Assembly: GCA_951406725.2 (NCBI GenBank)
Contig: OX597820.1
Span: 36,704,001-36,768,000 of the forward strand
Length of the DNA: 64,000 nucleotides
Source of the DNA: Octopus vulgaris
Taxonomy: Eukaryota
Direction: 5' to 3'
This document shows, one piece after another, positions 37,356 to 49,420 of this stretch. The first letter of the stretch is position 1, and every line of letters begins with the position of its first letter. The position numbers and the translations under genes were made by a program. Under the pieces are notes generated by a model. The model worked only from the letters and a program-made list of their open reading frames with translations, did no database searches and had not been told where the DNA came from.

Positions 37356-40077
37356 ATGGCAAAGCTGGGTTGTGTGAATGTACGTGGAATGGGGTCGAAA
37401 TGGAAACAAATTTGTTTCCTGAACGACCTCACGACACATGGAGTGGACGTAGCTATTGCAACCGAGTCCAAGATGAATGGGGCCCAAGCGTTCTCGCCTC
37501 TTCTAAATGGTTTCGAGAAATTTATTTCTCCTGGAAGAGGAAGAGGCGTGGCAGTCCTCATCAGGAAGAGCTTGGACTTGCAGGTAAGTACTGTCTTTCT
37601 GGACCCAGAAGGCAGGCTGGTCGTTCTGGATGTGACCCACGTAAGTAAACAGTCCTTCAGGTTGGTAGCTGTCTACGCTCCGAATGAGTGTAGGCAGGCG
37701 GGTTTTTTCGGAATCTGGAGCCCTTTTTAGCGACGTCGAAAACGGTAGTCTTAGTAGGGGACTTTAACACTGTCCTTGAAGCGCGGGTCGACAGTGTTGG
37801 TTCAACCAATAGGAAGGGGAACCCTATCCTCAAGGGTCTACTAGAGAGCTTTGATCTAGTGGACCGTTATCGACTGGATGAGCCGAGCGTTCCACAGTGG
37901 ACGTGGAGTAACAACGACGGCTCACACAGATCGTATATAGATAGGATATTCGTTAAGAAAAGAGATAAGGATACGTTTAGTTGTCCACAGTTTCACATTG
38001 TGCCTTACACGGATCACAAATTTGTGACGTGTAGGATGCAATTAGATAAGTGCCATAGATAGGGACCCGGGTACTGGAAGCTGAACAAGTCTATTTTGAA
38101 TTGTGAAGACTTCCGTACCCGGATTAAGGTGTTAGTACAGAGGGCATTGTGTGGCACCATCATTAACAATAGATGGTGGCACTCCCTCAAAAGAGCCATT
38201 CGTTCAGAGTCCATTAGATTTAGCAATCAGCTAAGGTTAGATAGGTCTTAGGATAGAGGACGATTTAGTTAAGAATCTAAACGAGGCAATGGAAGCTGGC
38301 TCTGCATCCGGAGTGATGGCGGCAAGGACGGTATTGTACCGTCACCTTAACTCCAAACACGAAGGTTGTGAAGAAACGATCACTCCCGCAGAGATAGAGG
38401 GGATACTGTATGCCGGACTTGTTCGGGGGAATATTGGCAGGCGTCTACACGAACTGGCAGCAGAATGGGAGAATTCCCAGTTCTGTAAGCCGGGGAGTGG
38501 TGACGCTAATCCAGAAAGACCCGAGCAAGGGGGATAACATTAGTAATTACAGGCCCATAACTCTACTTAATGTAGAGTTAAAGATTTTGGCCAAGGTGTT
38601 GGCAAAAAGGTTGACGATTGTCGTGGAGAAACTTGTAGGGAAAGCACAGACATGTGCAATTCCAGGCAGGTCGATCCAGGACAATCTTCACCTTATACGC
38701 TACACCTTAGATAGGGTGGGTAAATTAACCGGCAAGGGCGGGGTAATGGTCCATTTAGACCAAAGTAAAGCGTTCGATAGGGTAGACCATAAGTACCTGG
38801 CGACGGTCCTCGAAGCGGCTGGACTGGGCCCTGAATTTCGCAGGTGGATCTCCGCTATGTATAGTGGCATCAAGTCGATATCGTCCAGTGTCGTGGGACA
38901 CTGGATGGATGGTCCTGTTAAGTTGCTAGGAGTTTGGTTTGGGTCAGACTCCCAAACGGAGAGGAATTGGAGTGAGGTGACGGGCAAGGTGGAGGCCATA
39001 GTACGGACCTGGTCCGGAAGGCTTCTGTCCTTGAAAGGAAGGGTGGAGGTGGTACAGATGTTCATTGCATCTGTAATCACTTGCCGCCTGACCGTTGTCC
39101 CTTGCCCCGATTCATGGCTTAGCAAGTTGGAGCGAATCCTTTTCCGCTTTTTGTGGAAGGGAGGAAAGCCACTTGTGAGGTGCTCCGTTTGCTGCCAGGA
39201 ACCATTAAAGGGTGGGTTAGGAATGCCTTGGTTGATGATGCGCAGGCATGCGTTGAGGCTGAAGCATCTCTGGCACCACCTGGAGGGTGATAAGGTGTGG
39301 AGTCCGCTGGCAGGGGAATTTTCCCCGAGACCGGCTTCCTTAGTGAATTTTAAACCCGGTCGCATCAAAAGACGGAATCTGACTTTATGGCAAAAGGAGT
39401 GCCGACAGGCACTCACGCTGATCCACAAGGCGGGCAAGGCCGGCTGCGGAAATACCACCTCGGTATTTTATAGCAGGCTGGTAGAGGCAAAGAACGACGA
39501 CGTCCTAGGAGGGGCTCTGGGGTTTGACGAAGACCAGCTTACCAACCTGTTTAAAAAGACTTTCAGGACGGGGTATTTGGATAATTTCCAAAGATCCCTG
39601 GCCTGGCAGTGTTATAGGAATGCTTTACCTGTTCGCGAGAAGTTATCGTGGCACGGAATTTCAGTGCCACCGACGTGTCCAAGATGCGGGTTGGACGATG
39701 AAACCGTCCAGCACGCTTTTGTACACTGTCGGAAGTTGTCAGACTCGATAAGTTACGCAGAACACGTGTTATCGCATCTGGGACGAGTACAGCTGTCGGC
39801 TGAGTCTATGATTAAGATGATACCGCCAACTGGACTCTCGAAGGAAGGTGAGGCATGTTTTCACTGCACGGTTGCAGTAGTAAAAGAATGCATGTGGCGT
39901 ACGAGAATGGAAGGAGTCACGATAGGATCCTTTGTCTCAGGCCCCGGCTTGCTCACTTACTTCAGATATCATCTGAAGAGCAAAATGGGACTGGAAAAGA
40001 GGATCTTACCACAAGGTGTGTATGAAAAAAGATGGAAGGAAGTGGCAAAAAAGGTGGGTGTCAGAAACCCAGCTTAA
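37356..40077 (+). pseudogene. Tx1-like ORF2 (APE - RT - C-terminal CCHC), frameshifted and lacking the RT catalytic core
   Basis: NVRG, VYAPN, GDFN, YIDRIF, TDH; YRPITLLN, LDQSKAFDRVDH; LLGVWF, GGLGMP; CPRC..ETVQHAFVHC. No QG/YADD motifs. Confidence 0.9.
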
Positions 40078-40461
40078 CTATGGATGGAGGAGAGGAAAGA
40101 AAAGCTGCGGGGCCTTATAGGTTGCCGGGGTTTAAAATATCGGTAAGATCGCAAGTTAATGTATGTTGTAATGTTCTATTAAGTCAATGCAAAGGACCAT
40201 TTAAAGACAAATTTTGTTTAAGGAATAATCCATATATTATGGAAAATTTTTAATCGAACCACTTAACTGTTTTTTGTATGTATGTCCTGTATTGTCCTTC
40301 TATGTAATGATTTTATGATCGTAATAAAGAAATACACCGGTTTATGAAACGTCGATAGAAATTAACTATACCCAAAAAATGGTGAGTTGACGCAAAGAAG
40401 AAGGTGGTGCGATGCGCTGAATTGCATCGACTTTAGACGAGAGAGGTTCGACTACACTCTC

Positions 40462-41151
40462 CACGCCAACCAGAGAATCTACCAATTCAGCTCTTAGCCC
40501 GACACTTTTTGTTGCTATCTGGAGATGTTTTTCATTCTCTTTTGGCTTCTTTTCGAGAGCTACTCGATATTACTTTTAAAATGGCAAAACCCGTACACTT
40601 GACACTCCATTTCATTACAACTACTGGGCCGCCTGTTTTTTTGTGCCCACGGCGTCTTGCACCTGACCGTCTTAAAACGGCTCGGGGTGAGTTTGAGCAT
40701 ATGCTCCAGCTTGGTCTGATACGCCCATCCACCAGTCCATGGGCATCACCCCTTCATTTAGTTCGAAAAGGGGATACAGATTTTCGCCCGGTGGGAGATT
40801 ATCAGCGTCTAAATTCTGTGACGATTCCTGACAGATATCCAATAAGGAATCTTAATGATTTTTCAGCGAATCTTCATGGCTGTACCATTTTTTCTAAGGT
40901 TGACCTCATACGTGCTTATCATCAAATACCAGTCAACCCAGATGATGTTCCTAAAACGGCAATTACCACTCCTTTTGGTTGTTTCGAATTTCTATACATG
41001 AGTTTTAGTTTGCGGAACGCCACTAGTACGTTCCAATGTTTTATAGATGAAGTTGTTCGTGGACTTGATTTTGTTTTCGCGTATGTCGATGATATCCTCA
41101 TCGCAAGTGATACGCATGAAAATCACCTCCAGCACTTGTCTCAGCTCTTTC
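40462..41151 (+). pseudogene. Gypsy reverse-transcriptase domain, inverted relative to the rest of the element
   Basis: SPWASPLHLVRK..DYQRLN..PDRYP..FSKVDL..AYHQIP..KTAITTPFG..YVDDILIAS. Confidence 0.9.
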
Positions 41152-41967
41152 ATTTCCCAGTGTGCGTGTGCAGGGCTGGAACCTTCTGGAAAGGCCTAAG
41201 GAAGTTCCCTTATGCACATGCGCTAGAGACTGGGGAAGAAAATTCTATCGCGTTCCTTGTTAGCGTCGTTGACTTGAGACACGGCCATTGAAGAGAAAGG
41301 ACGTGTTAAACGTGTGGTTAGCCTATTCTCCTGTCCCAGACGCTTAGGATTTGACCTGCTCTGTTGCTGCTGAATTGGTTGTGAGGTTTATCTTACAAAT
41401 GTTAAAATTCAGCCCTGCTATATCGAACCAAGTGGATACCAATATACCAACGTACTTCTTTTGTAAATAAGAAAATAAAGAGTTATATATATTTTTAAGG
41501 TTGCGTTCTTGTCGGGGTCACCACTGTAATGGAACTGGTTGATTCTTTACACTGTTTGGGTGCAACCAATTTCCTTTCTTTAGTTTCCAGAAACTACCAG
41601 TCAGGAACAAGAACACAACCTTAAAAATATATATAACTCTTTATTTTCTTATTTACAAAAGAAGTACGTTGGTATATTGGTATCCACTTGGTTCGATATA
41701 GCAGGGCTGAATTTTAACATTTGTAAGATAAACCTCACAACCAATTCAGCAGCAACAGAGCAGGTCAAATCCTAAGAGTCTGGGACAGGAGAATAGGCTA
41801 ATCACACGTTTAACAAGTCCTTTCTCTTCAATGGCCGTGTCTCAAGTCAACGACGCTAACAAGGAACGCGATAGAATTTTCTTCCCCAGTCTCTAGCGCA
41901 TGTGCATGAGGGAACTTCCTTAGGCCTTTCCAGAAGGTTCCAGCCCTGCACACGCACACTAGGAAAT
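41152..41967. repeat. 361-bp inverted repeat (LTR fold-back) with 94-bp spacer
   Basis: Arms 41152-41512 and 41607-41967; about 6 mismatches counted by eye. Confidence 0.95.
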
Positions 41968-41979
41968 AACGTCACTATA

Positions 41980-42931
41980 AATGGATGCGTTTGCTGGGTC
42001 TATGAAGTTCTGGCTATAGTTTATTTGAAAATGTGTGTAACCTAAATTTGTAGCGAGCTATAAGCAGGCCAGCTGTCACTATATATAGTGGAACCTTGAT
42101 GAATGTGGCGTCTGATTACTGGAATCAGTGTAGCAGCATCACGTCTTTGAATTTCGCCACATTCCGATGTCAGGAGTACCAAGAAATTTTTCTTCGATTC
42201 CTCCAAAAAGCCAAATAGTCTTTACAAGCCTACCTCGGTTATATTTTCTCCTAACCAAAATTGTCTCATCAATTGCAACTGCGATCCCTGGCCCTCCAAT
42301 TTGTGCTTGGGAATTTTCGACCCAATGAAGGCAAGCTTCACAATAGAAAGATCGCCAATCAACCGATATGTCTAAATTTTCCATAACAGCTTGATGTGAC
42401 CAACCTTCTGTTAGGAAATGATTGATATATAAAAGAATTTTCCGCGAAGGTAACCGGCTCCGCTCCAAAAAGGTGTTCTTAAAGATAGACACCGAGAACC
42501 CGCATTCTGTTCTCCTTTGTCTCTGACGACGAACCATCCTACAACGAAATATATTGGTTCCATTTCGGAGAACACAAGGTGAATTGCATGCTGGGCAATT
42601 CACATTTCTAGGGATTACCCCATGTTCGCGAAAAAATTGTAATGCCGAGTCATTTTTATATTGAAATCTACAAGCTCCGTTATACAGAGTTAGCTCACAT
42701 GTAGTACAAAATGCCATTTTTAATGTTGCAAAATTAAAGTGATCAACTCAATGATCAATTCAAATAATATTAACGTTCAGTGAACGTCTCGTTTCATCGG
42801 TCAGTTGAAGTAACGGTTTTTGGTGTCTAATGGTGATACAAAACTAATAACTTTTGAAAATATTTTCGTATCAACTGACCAATGAAATGAGACCTTTTCC
42901 GCACCATTAGTCACCAAAAACCGTTACTTCC
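41980..42931 (-). mobile_element. Second Merlin element, 5' part, truncated by the Gypsy LTR
   Basis: ORF 42139-42717 (CPAC..FRC..CG..IGGPGIAVAIDET..KYNRGR..WLFGGIE) continues as ATLIPVI..YSDSWPAY..NYSQNFID. GG-starting terminus GGAAGTAACGGTTTTTGGTG at 42931. Confidence 0.85.
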
Positions 42932-45900
42932 CATAAACACATCTGAGTAATGGGGAAAAAAATGTCATGCATCATGTTAAGAAATTCGTAAATATGGGGC
43001 AGTTTTTTTTTTTTTTTTTTCAACACAAAGGTTTCTCCCATCGTTTTTAAGTGTGTAGTGGCCACAAAATCGGTCCGAGGTGGAGGCAATCATCAAGCGT
43101 GGTGACAACAAAATCGGTCGGAGAGAGGTAGGGGGCCTTAAAAATCCACGTGAAAACGAGGAGGGGATACATTTTTTTCTTCTTTTATTTTTGCTAAAAC
43201 AATAAAAAACTGAAAAACCCCTGTCAAAAAGGAGAAATACTAACTTGTTGGTGCTGACGAACTCCGACGTCCGCACCGCCAATAATAGATGGATAACGAA
43301 CGCGAATATTTATATTATTAGGCACTTAAACGAAAAAGCGCCTCTTGATTTTCAAAATAATAAAAGTAATGTGTATTCAATATTGAAAGCAGTGGCAAGG
43401 TCAAAACTAATAATAATAAAATAATAATACTGTAGCCATTAGCAACTTTCTGCCCCAATGATGAAGGATTTCTACCCTTACTCATAAGTGAAATCAAGTA
43501 ATGAAAAATAACCTTCTGGCAGAATGAAATGGTGTGTGTGTTGGGGGAGAAATTTAGTGTGGTAGAACTGAAAAACTGACTCAATATCAGAAAGATGTTG
43601 CGAAAGAGAAAACTAATGATAACTGTAGCAATGAACAATTAAGATTCTGATTGATGAAACGAGGGGTTAAGCGTAGGAAAATTTAGAATGAAATGAGCAG
43701 ATGTCAGGCAGAAAACAAATCAGAGATTACACCATCATTTTATGTTAACAAGAAAAAAATACACATGAAACAGCTTTGTCACGAACGACTGAAAGTCCTT
43801 TCATGCGTTTATATTTAACTATAGTGTCTTTTTCTGTACTTGCATTATGTACTTTCGTTTTACTAGACCCAGGTTTCAAGATCAATATAGTTTTAATATG
43901 CATGGTGTTAATGGGTTACGTGTGATGAATATTCAAAAGTTAGATTTCAATCCGTAAGACAAAAAATAACGGGTGCTCTATAGATTCGTAAAATTGAATG
44001 AATAATGAAGTGGCTGATGATTTCAAATTGTATTTAGCTTGCCTCTAACAGAGATGCTTTTTATAATCTTTACTGAGAGCCATACATCATCATCTTCAAC
44101 AATTAATAAATGGACAACAGATCAACTTACCGATTTTCTATATCTTATACACTTCTCCCTGAAATAATATTGAGAGATTTGCGAAATTGGATGATCAGCC
44201 ATCGTGTTGGACAACTGCACTGATAATGTTGAATGGACTTAGCAATAATACAGACCCAACTAATCGAACAGCAGCCTCGCTTTCGTAAAATGTTTTCTTT
44301 CAAAAATTGAATGCGGCAGCAATTAAATGTATTGCGCGTACAATAAAGATGGATATATTAATAATACTTGCATAGTAATGTAGTTCAACATCAAATGTAG
44401 AACCCTCACGTAATTTATATCTAAAAGTTAAATAGTATATTGAAAGTTCAAACAATATCTCCAACTCTTGTGAAAAACATTTTCTTCTCCAAACAAATCT
44501 AAAGAAGTCTTCACGCCAAACATTGCCAATGATTTTTTGAGTTATTTCAACTCTGGTTGAAAAATGAAGCCAGACTCATTAACGGGTTGTACGGAAAATC
44601 TAGGAGTAAAAAGAGGCTATTTTGGAAGAGTTAACATCTATTAGGGGAAGTAACTGTGTCTTTAGCGTGTATTGTTGCTTGGTTCCAAGGGAACATATTT
44701 CCAGCAGACCTGTGCTCCAAAGCGTTCTGGCTATGACCATCCTGTCTTTTATTCCGACATCTCGAAGAATACTTTTCCAAAGATGGAGGATGTGATCTGA
44801 AGGAAATTTAGCAGATTAAAGTATCTTCGATAATAGAACATAATTTAGAAATGACAGGTTATTGAGAAAAGAGCTTGACAAAGAATATCATTTTACCTTA
44901 AAACACGTGTTTTTGTCCAACAATTTTTCATCTAAATTTTCCTCGTAAATATTCAAATACTCATCCTAAATGGTACCTTTTTCGCATTTCGTACATGGCT
45001 AAGGGATTGCAACGCTTACAAACAATAGTACAATACTGAGCAGCTGGCGAGAAAGAAACGTGAGTGTGTAGATGGGGGTATCACTCTTGTAGAATCCTAC
45101 AACCCAAATCTATGAACTTTATTTTGTGTGGGTTCAAGGGAAGAGAGTATGTACCCATAAACTTTAGAAGCTCTTGCAAACTGGTGAGAACGATGCAGTT
45201 AATGATCAGATTAGATACCTGCAGAGCAATGTCACAAAAAACGCGTGATGATGGAAAATAAATGATTGCGAAGTTAACGAGGAAAGATAAAGCGAAGATC
45301 TAGTAGAAAAAACAGAAAGAGTAATTTTGTTAGTTTGGAAAAACAGATTGTTGTAGACTAGCAAATTCTAAGAGATAAAGAAAATTGTTGAGTTGGAAAG
45401 AAACATTTTTTGATAAAATTTCATTTTTTCCTGTTTCAACGCAGGGAGCTAATCATCACAGTATTGATATATCATCGATTAGATTCTAAGTTTTTGAAAA
45501 CTTTTTAATGTATCGATATAAGATTCTTGGAGCTTTCCCATATGAACTTTAGTATTGAGCTCTACCTCTACCTCACAACAACACCAAGCTTTAGTCTTGG
45601 CTATGGCTCAGACTGAGTAATTTCTGTGTTAATGATACTTTTTCGGACCGTAATCTTTCAACTCGGGTCAATGATCAGGAATCTCCCAATACGTTTATTC
45701 ATTAACAAATTAGGATTTTCCTGTTTGGCTGCACCTGTGAAAATTTTAAAATTTAGAGTATTAATGTAATTTTCTAAGCTGAATCTCAGAAGATATTGCA
45801 GATCTTTTCTGTTTGGCTGCCAGCGGTTCCAAAAATTAGAGTTTACCGAAAATTTTTTAATTTGGCATAATAATACACTTGTCCAAACCGAATTGCTGGA

Positions 45901-46453
45901 GTTATATCATTTTTCCAGAAAAGTATTCTTAAAAAGTTATAGAGGTTTAAAGTTTGATCATTTTCACCTGGTTAGGAAACAGGATTTGGGAGCTGTCATT
46001 TTGTGCTTGACTGCAAGTTTTGTCAATATCCTGAAAATAGCACGTGTTGTCAATATTTGAAAACAATATGTGTTATGTTTCCGGTAATATTCTTTCATGT
46101 AAAAAAATCTCATTAAGCTGTTTTTAGAACACCTTACAACCACCAGTGTTTAATGCAAATGCGATAAACATATCAAAATTTTTAACAAAAAGATTTAGAA
46201 AAATTAGATGAAAGTTCTCCGGCAATTTCCTTTCATGTAAATAAATGTTTCTATTAATTTAAAAGAGAAAAACAATTTTAAATCTCTGAGCGAGATGATG
46301 GGAAATAAACTTTAATTTAAAAATTTTATCCAAAAAATCTTATTTAGCTGTTATTTTGAGCACAACTCAAAAAGAAACTAACATTAAACAAACAATTTAA
46401 ATGCACTGAGAAAACAAACATTTAATTTTCGGGCGATCTTTCGTTTGTATGCA

Positions 46454-46650
46454 TGTATGTGTGTGTGTATCTATGTATGTGTGTGTGTATGTGCATGTAT
46501 GTGTGTATGTACGTATGTATGGCCGATTCAGTGTACACTGAATCGGCCATACATACATACACACACACATACATAGATACACACACACATACATACACAC
46601 ACACATATATACACACACACACACACACACATACATACATATACACATAC
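46454..46650. repeat. Fold-back (TG)n/(CA)n compound microsatellite with perfect palindromic core
   Basis: GTATGTATGGCCGATTCAGTGT|ACACTGAATCGGCCATACATAC at 46513-46556. Confidence 0.9.
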
Positions 46651-46931
46651 ACCGAGTAAAAAATTTCAGTTATCTCTTTCACATATTACTCTCTCTGTCT
46701 CTTCACACACACTAACAGAAGCACTTCACTTACACAACATACTGTCTGTCTCCCACACCCCATCAAACACACACACACACACATGTACATCAATGCTTCC
46801 CCTGGACGGTAACTTCAAAAAAAAAATTCCCTCGTCATAAAATCGCTTCCTCTTAGTCTCTTTCGCTCTCATTACTTCAAATGTTCCCGCAAACCCATAT
46901 GTAAAAAAATAAAAGCTTTTTACGGAAATCA

Positions 46932-47460
46932 TCGACAGCCATCTATTTAAAACTGTATACAGCTATGGTACGACCACACTTGGAATTCGCATCATCAGTT
47001 TGGAACCCCTATCTTGCACAGAACATTGACCTCCTGGAATCTGTCCAGAGACGTGCAACCAAACGCATACCCTCCATCAGACACCTACCATATTCTGAGC
47101 GCCTTGTTTCCCTGGGCATGGATTCACTGAAGCTCCGGCGTTTGGCGACGGACTTGGTAAACACCCACAAAGTTATCAACCACCTCACCAACAACAACAC
47201 TGAACACCCTTTTGATCTCCATGTGTCTAACACACGTGGACATGCCTACAAAGTCAGAAAACAATACAGCTCCCATGACTTTCGGAAACATTTTTTCACG
47301 CTCAGAGTTGCTGAAGCATGGAATAAACTGCCTGCGTCAGTTGTTGACTGCCATGACACTGCATCTTTTAAGGCCCTCATGCTTTCCGAAATCCGCCGAA
47401 ACTACACCTGATTATATATACACTTTAGATGAGTTGTAGTGCACCTGAGCACTGTACACA

Positions 47461-47493
<33 letters not shown>
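46932..47493 (+). mobile_element. CR1-clade LINE 3' end with (ATT)11 tail
   Basis: VRPHLEFASSVWNP..LESVQRRATK..YSERL..L.LRR..TRGH..FF..RV..WNKLP, then a short 3'UTR and ATT repeat at 47461-47493. Confidence 0.92.
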
Positions 47494-47495
<2 letters not shown>

Positions 47496-48989
47496 ACGAG
47501 CTACTACAAACGAAAGATTTCCAATTTTCGGTTTTAATTTTTAAGATATCCTCCTCTGTTTTCAATGTTTCCATAATAGAAGCGAAGTTACTGGAGCATG
47601 CTGCTATAATAACACAGAACACAGCGTCAAATTTGTCAACACGTGCTTGCTCGCAGATAAAAGCTTTTCCAAACACTGCTCAGATTCGCTTGTTACTACG
47701 GCAACAGGCACATTGAAAAACAAGATTTCTCATGTCCGCTTCTTACTATCGAAACAGCCATGAATGTGTCTGTATCTTATGATTGGCTAAAATTACCAAA
47801 ATTTTCAAACTTTAATTACTAATAACTATTTAGTTATTGATTTATAGCGAAAATTACTTTCACATCATTAAGTAACCTATAAAAGTGTATCATTACACTC
47901 AATATGAAATCAATTCGAACAGAAAATAATTTTTAAAAAAGTTATAGAGGTTTAAAGTTTGACCCCCTGATAACATTTATTTATTTATTTATTTATTTTG
48001 AAATTTTCAGAAAATTTTTGCGAGTTTGTATTCTACACAAGGGAATTCATACGATTGTGCAAAATCCACAACATTTTGTGGGGGGGGGGGGGCGTGATTT
48101 AAGGCCTATTCAGCAATTATCTTAGTACATCTGACGACCAACTCAATGAGTAGAATATATTTGTAACACGTGATTTCTCGCAGACAAAATAATTCTCATG
48201 CTCGGCTTGTTACTGTAGAAACAGGCATGAATGTGTCTATGGCTTACTGTGGGTTAAAATCCCAAATTTGCAAACTTTAAAAGCTATTAATTCTCTGTTT
48301 ATTGATTTATGGAGAAAATGAATTTCATAGCATGGATCAGCATATGCAACTATTATTGACATTTACATAATTAAATTGTTTTGTTAGAAAGTGAACAAGA
48401 TCCGAGTCATGTTCGGCTTCTATTTTCTTTTTGTCATCTGACTCATATTATTGGACAATATTTATTTAGACTACTTTCGTCTTGCAAACTTCCTATATAA
48501 TTACGTTTGTATGGTCAGACCTTCAACCTTTATTTATTTACACTTAATAACCTTTTTTTATTGTCATATTTGGGTTTTTTGCCAAATAAACACTACTATA
48601 TATTCGTTCTTCACTTGTTTATTACTGTTCTTATTTTATTTTGTGTCCATTGTTTGGAAATCTTTCGTCACACATCTGTGACCTCTTCAGCGACCCTTTC
48701 ATCCATGTATATCCTCCTGCTCTGCTTCGTCCATTCTCCTTTTGTAAAAATTTTCTTCAACTGATTTTGTCTGGAGGAAAGAATCGTTCCACAGACATCG
48801 CAAGCCCTCCAAGACAAGTGAGATTGATCTTACTAATGTTTCTCTTCCCGAGTAATGTTAAGTTTAACACCTGGCCACCAAAACAAGAAAAAAAACAAAA
48901 AAAGTCTAACAGGGGTAAAAAAGAAATGTGTAATAAATGAATATGAAAACCAAAATTTGCGCCAATGAACCAACTTAATATTAACCAAA

Positions 48990-49420
48990 ATGGTTGATCC
49001 CTCTTTCCTCAGAGTGTGGTGAGGGGAAAGGTGTAATGCTGCTACCCTCATTCCTTTAATTACTTGCCAAATCCGTCAAGGTTCCAGTATTTACAGTGAT
49101 TCTTGGGGTGCATACAGTTCTCTTGGCGGCCTAGGTTGAACCACTTCCAGGTCAACCACAGTGATAACTTCGTCAATCTGGAGAACTTATTAGTGCACAC
49201 TTAGACTATCGAACGGTTTTAGGGCACCTTAAAGGGGACAATCATACAGCCTAGAATAAAACCGCATTTCTTGAAGCAGTACATAGTATGCTTCCAATTT
49301 CTCCAAGCTGTAAAACCTGCTGCCAAACGACTGCATGCATTTCTATTGGAGACTGAAAAGAGCTAGCAGTCCTAGTTGTGGGCAGTGAGTGCCCAAAGGA
49401 AAAGAGGAAGACTCATGTCC
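48990..49420 (+). mobile_element. Third Merlin transposase relic (C-terminal part)
   Basis: NAATLIPLITCQIRQGSSIYSDSWGAYSSL..VNHSDNFV..HT*TIERF*. Confidence 0.75.

Larger units (their letters stand above)
35676..40333 (+). mobile_element. Tx1/L1-clade LINE with both ends present, internally deleted
   Basis: 13-bp TSD ACACCGGTTTATG at 35663-35675 and 40334-40346. 5'UTR, ORF1, ORF2 and a 3'UTR ending GTAATAAAGAAAT. Confidence 0.92.
33900..41979 (-). mobile_element. Rearranged Ty3/Gypsy LTR retrotransposon carrying the nested Tx1 LINE
   Basis: LTR 41979-41525 (TATAG..AATAAA..TTACA) and PBS TGGTGACCCCGAC. RT thumb FLGIVNFYRRFI (40347-40460) continues across the LINE into RNase H (YTDHKPL, ADALSR), integrase H2C2 and core (WPEAIP, YHPASNGMVERFHRQLK) and a GPY/F-like tail. 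Confidence 0.85.

Noticed and set aside
46397-46682. MCVCMYV-type ORFs
   Set aside because: Translations of microsatellite.
45700-48400. Large DNA element with the repeated motif AAAAAGTTATAGAGGTTTAAAGTTTGA (45931, 47936)
   Set aside because: Probably repeat-derived, but termini and TSD could not be defined.
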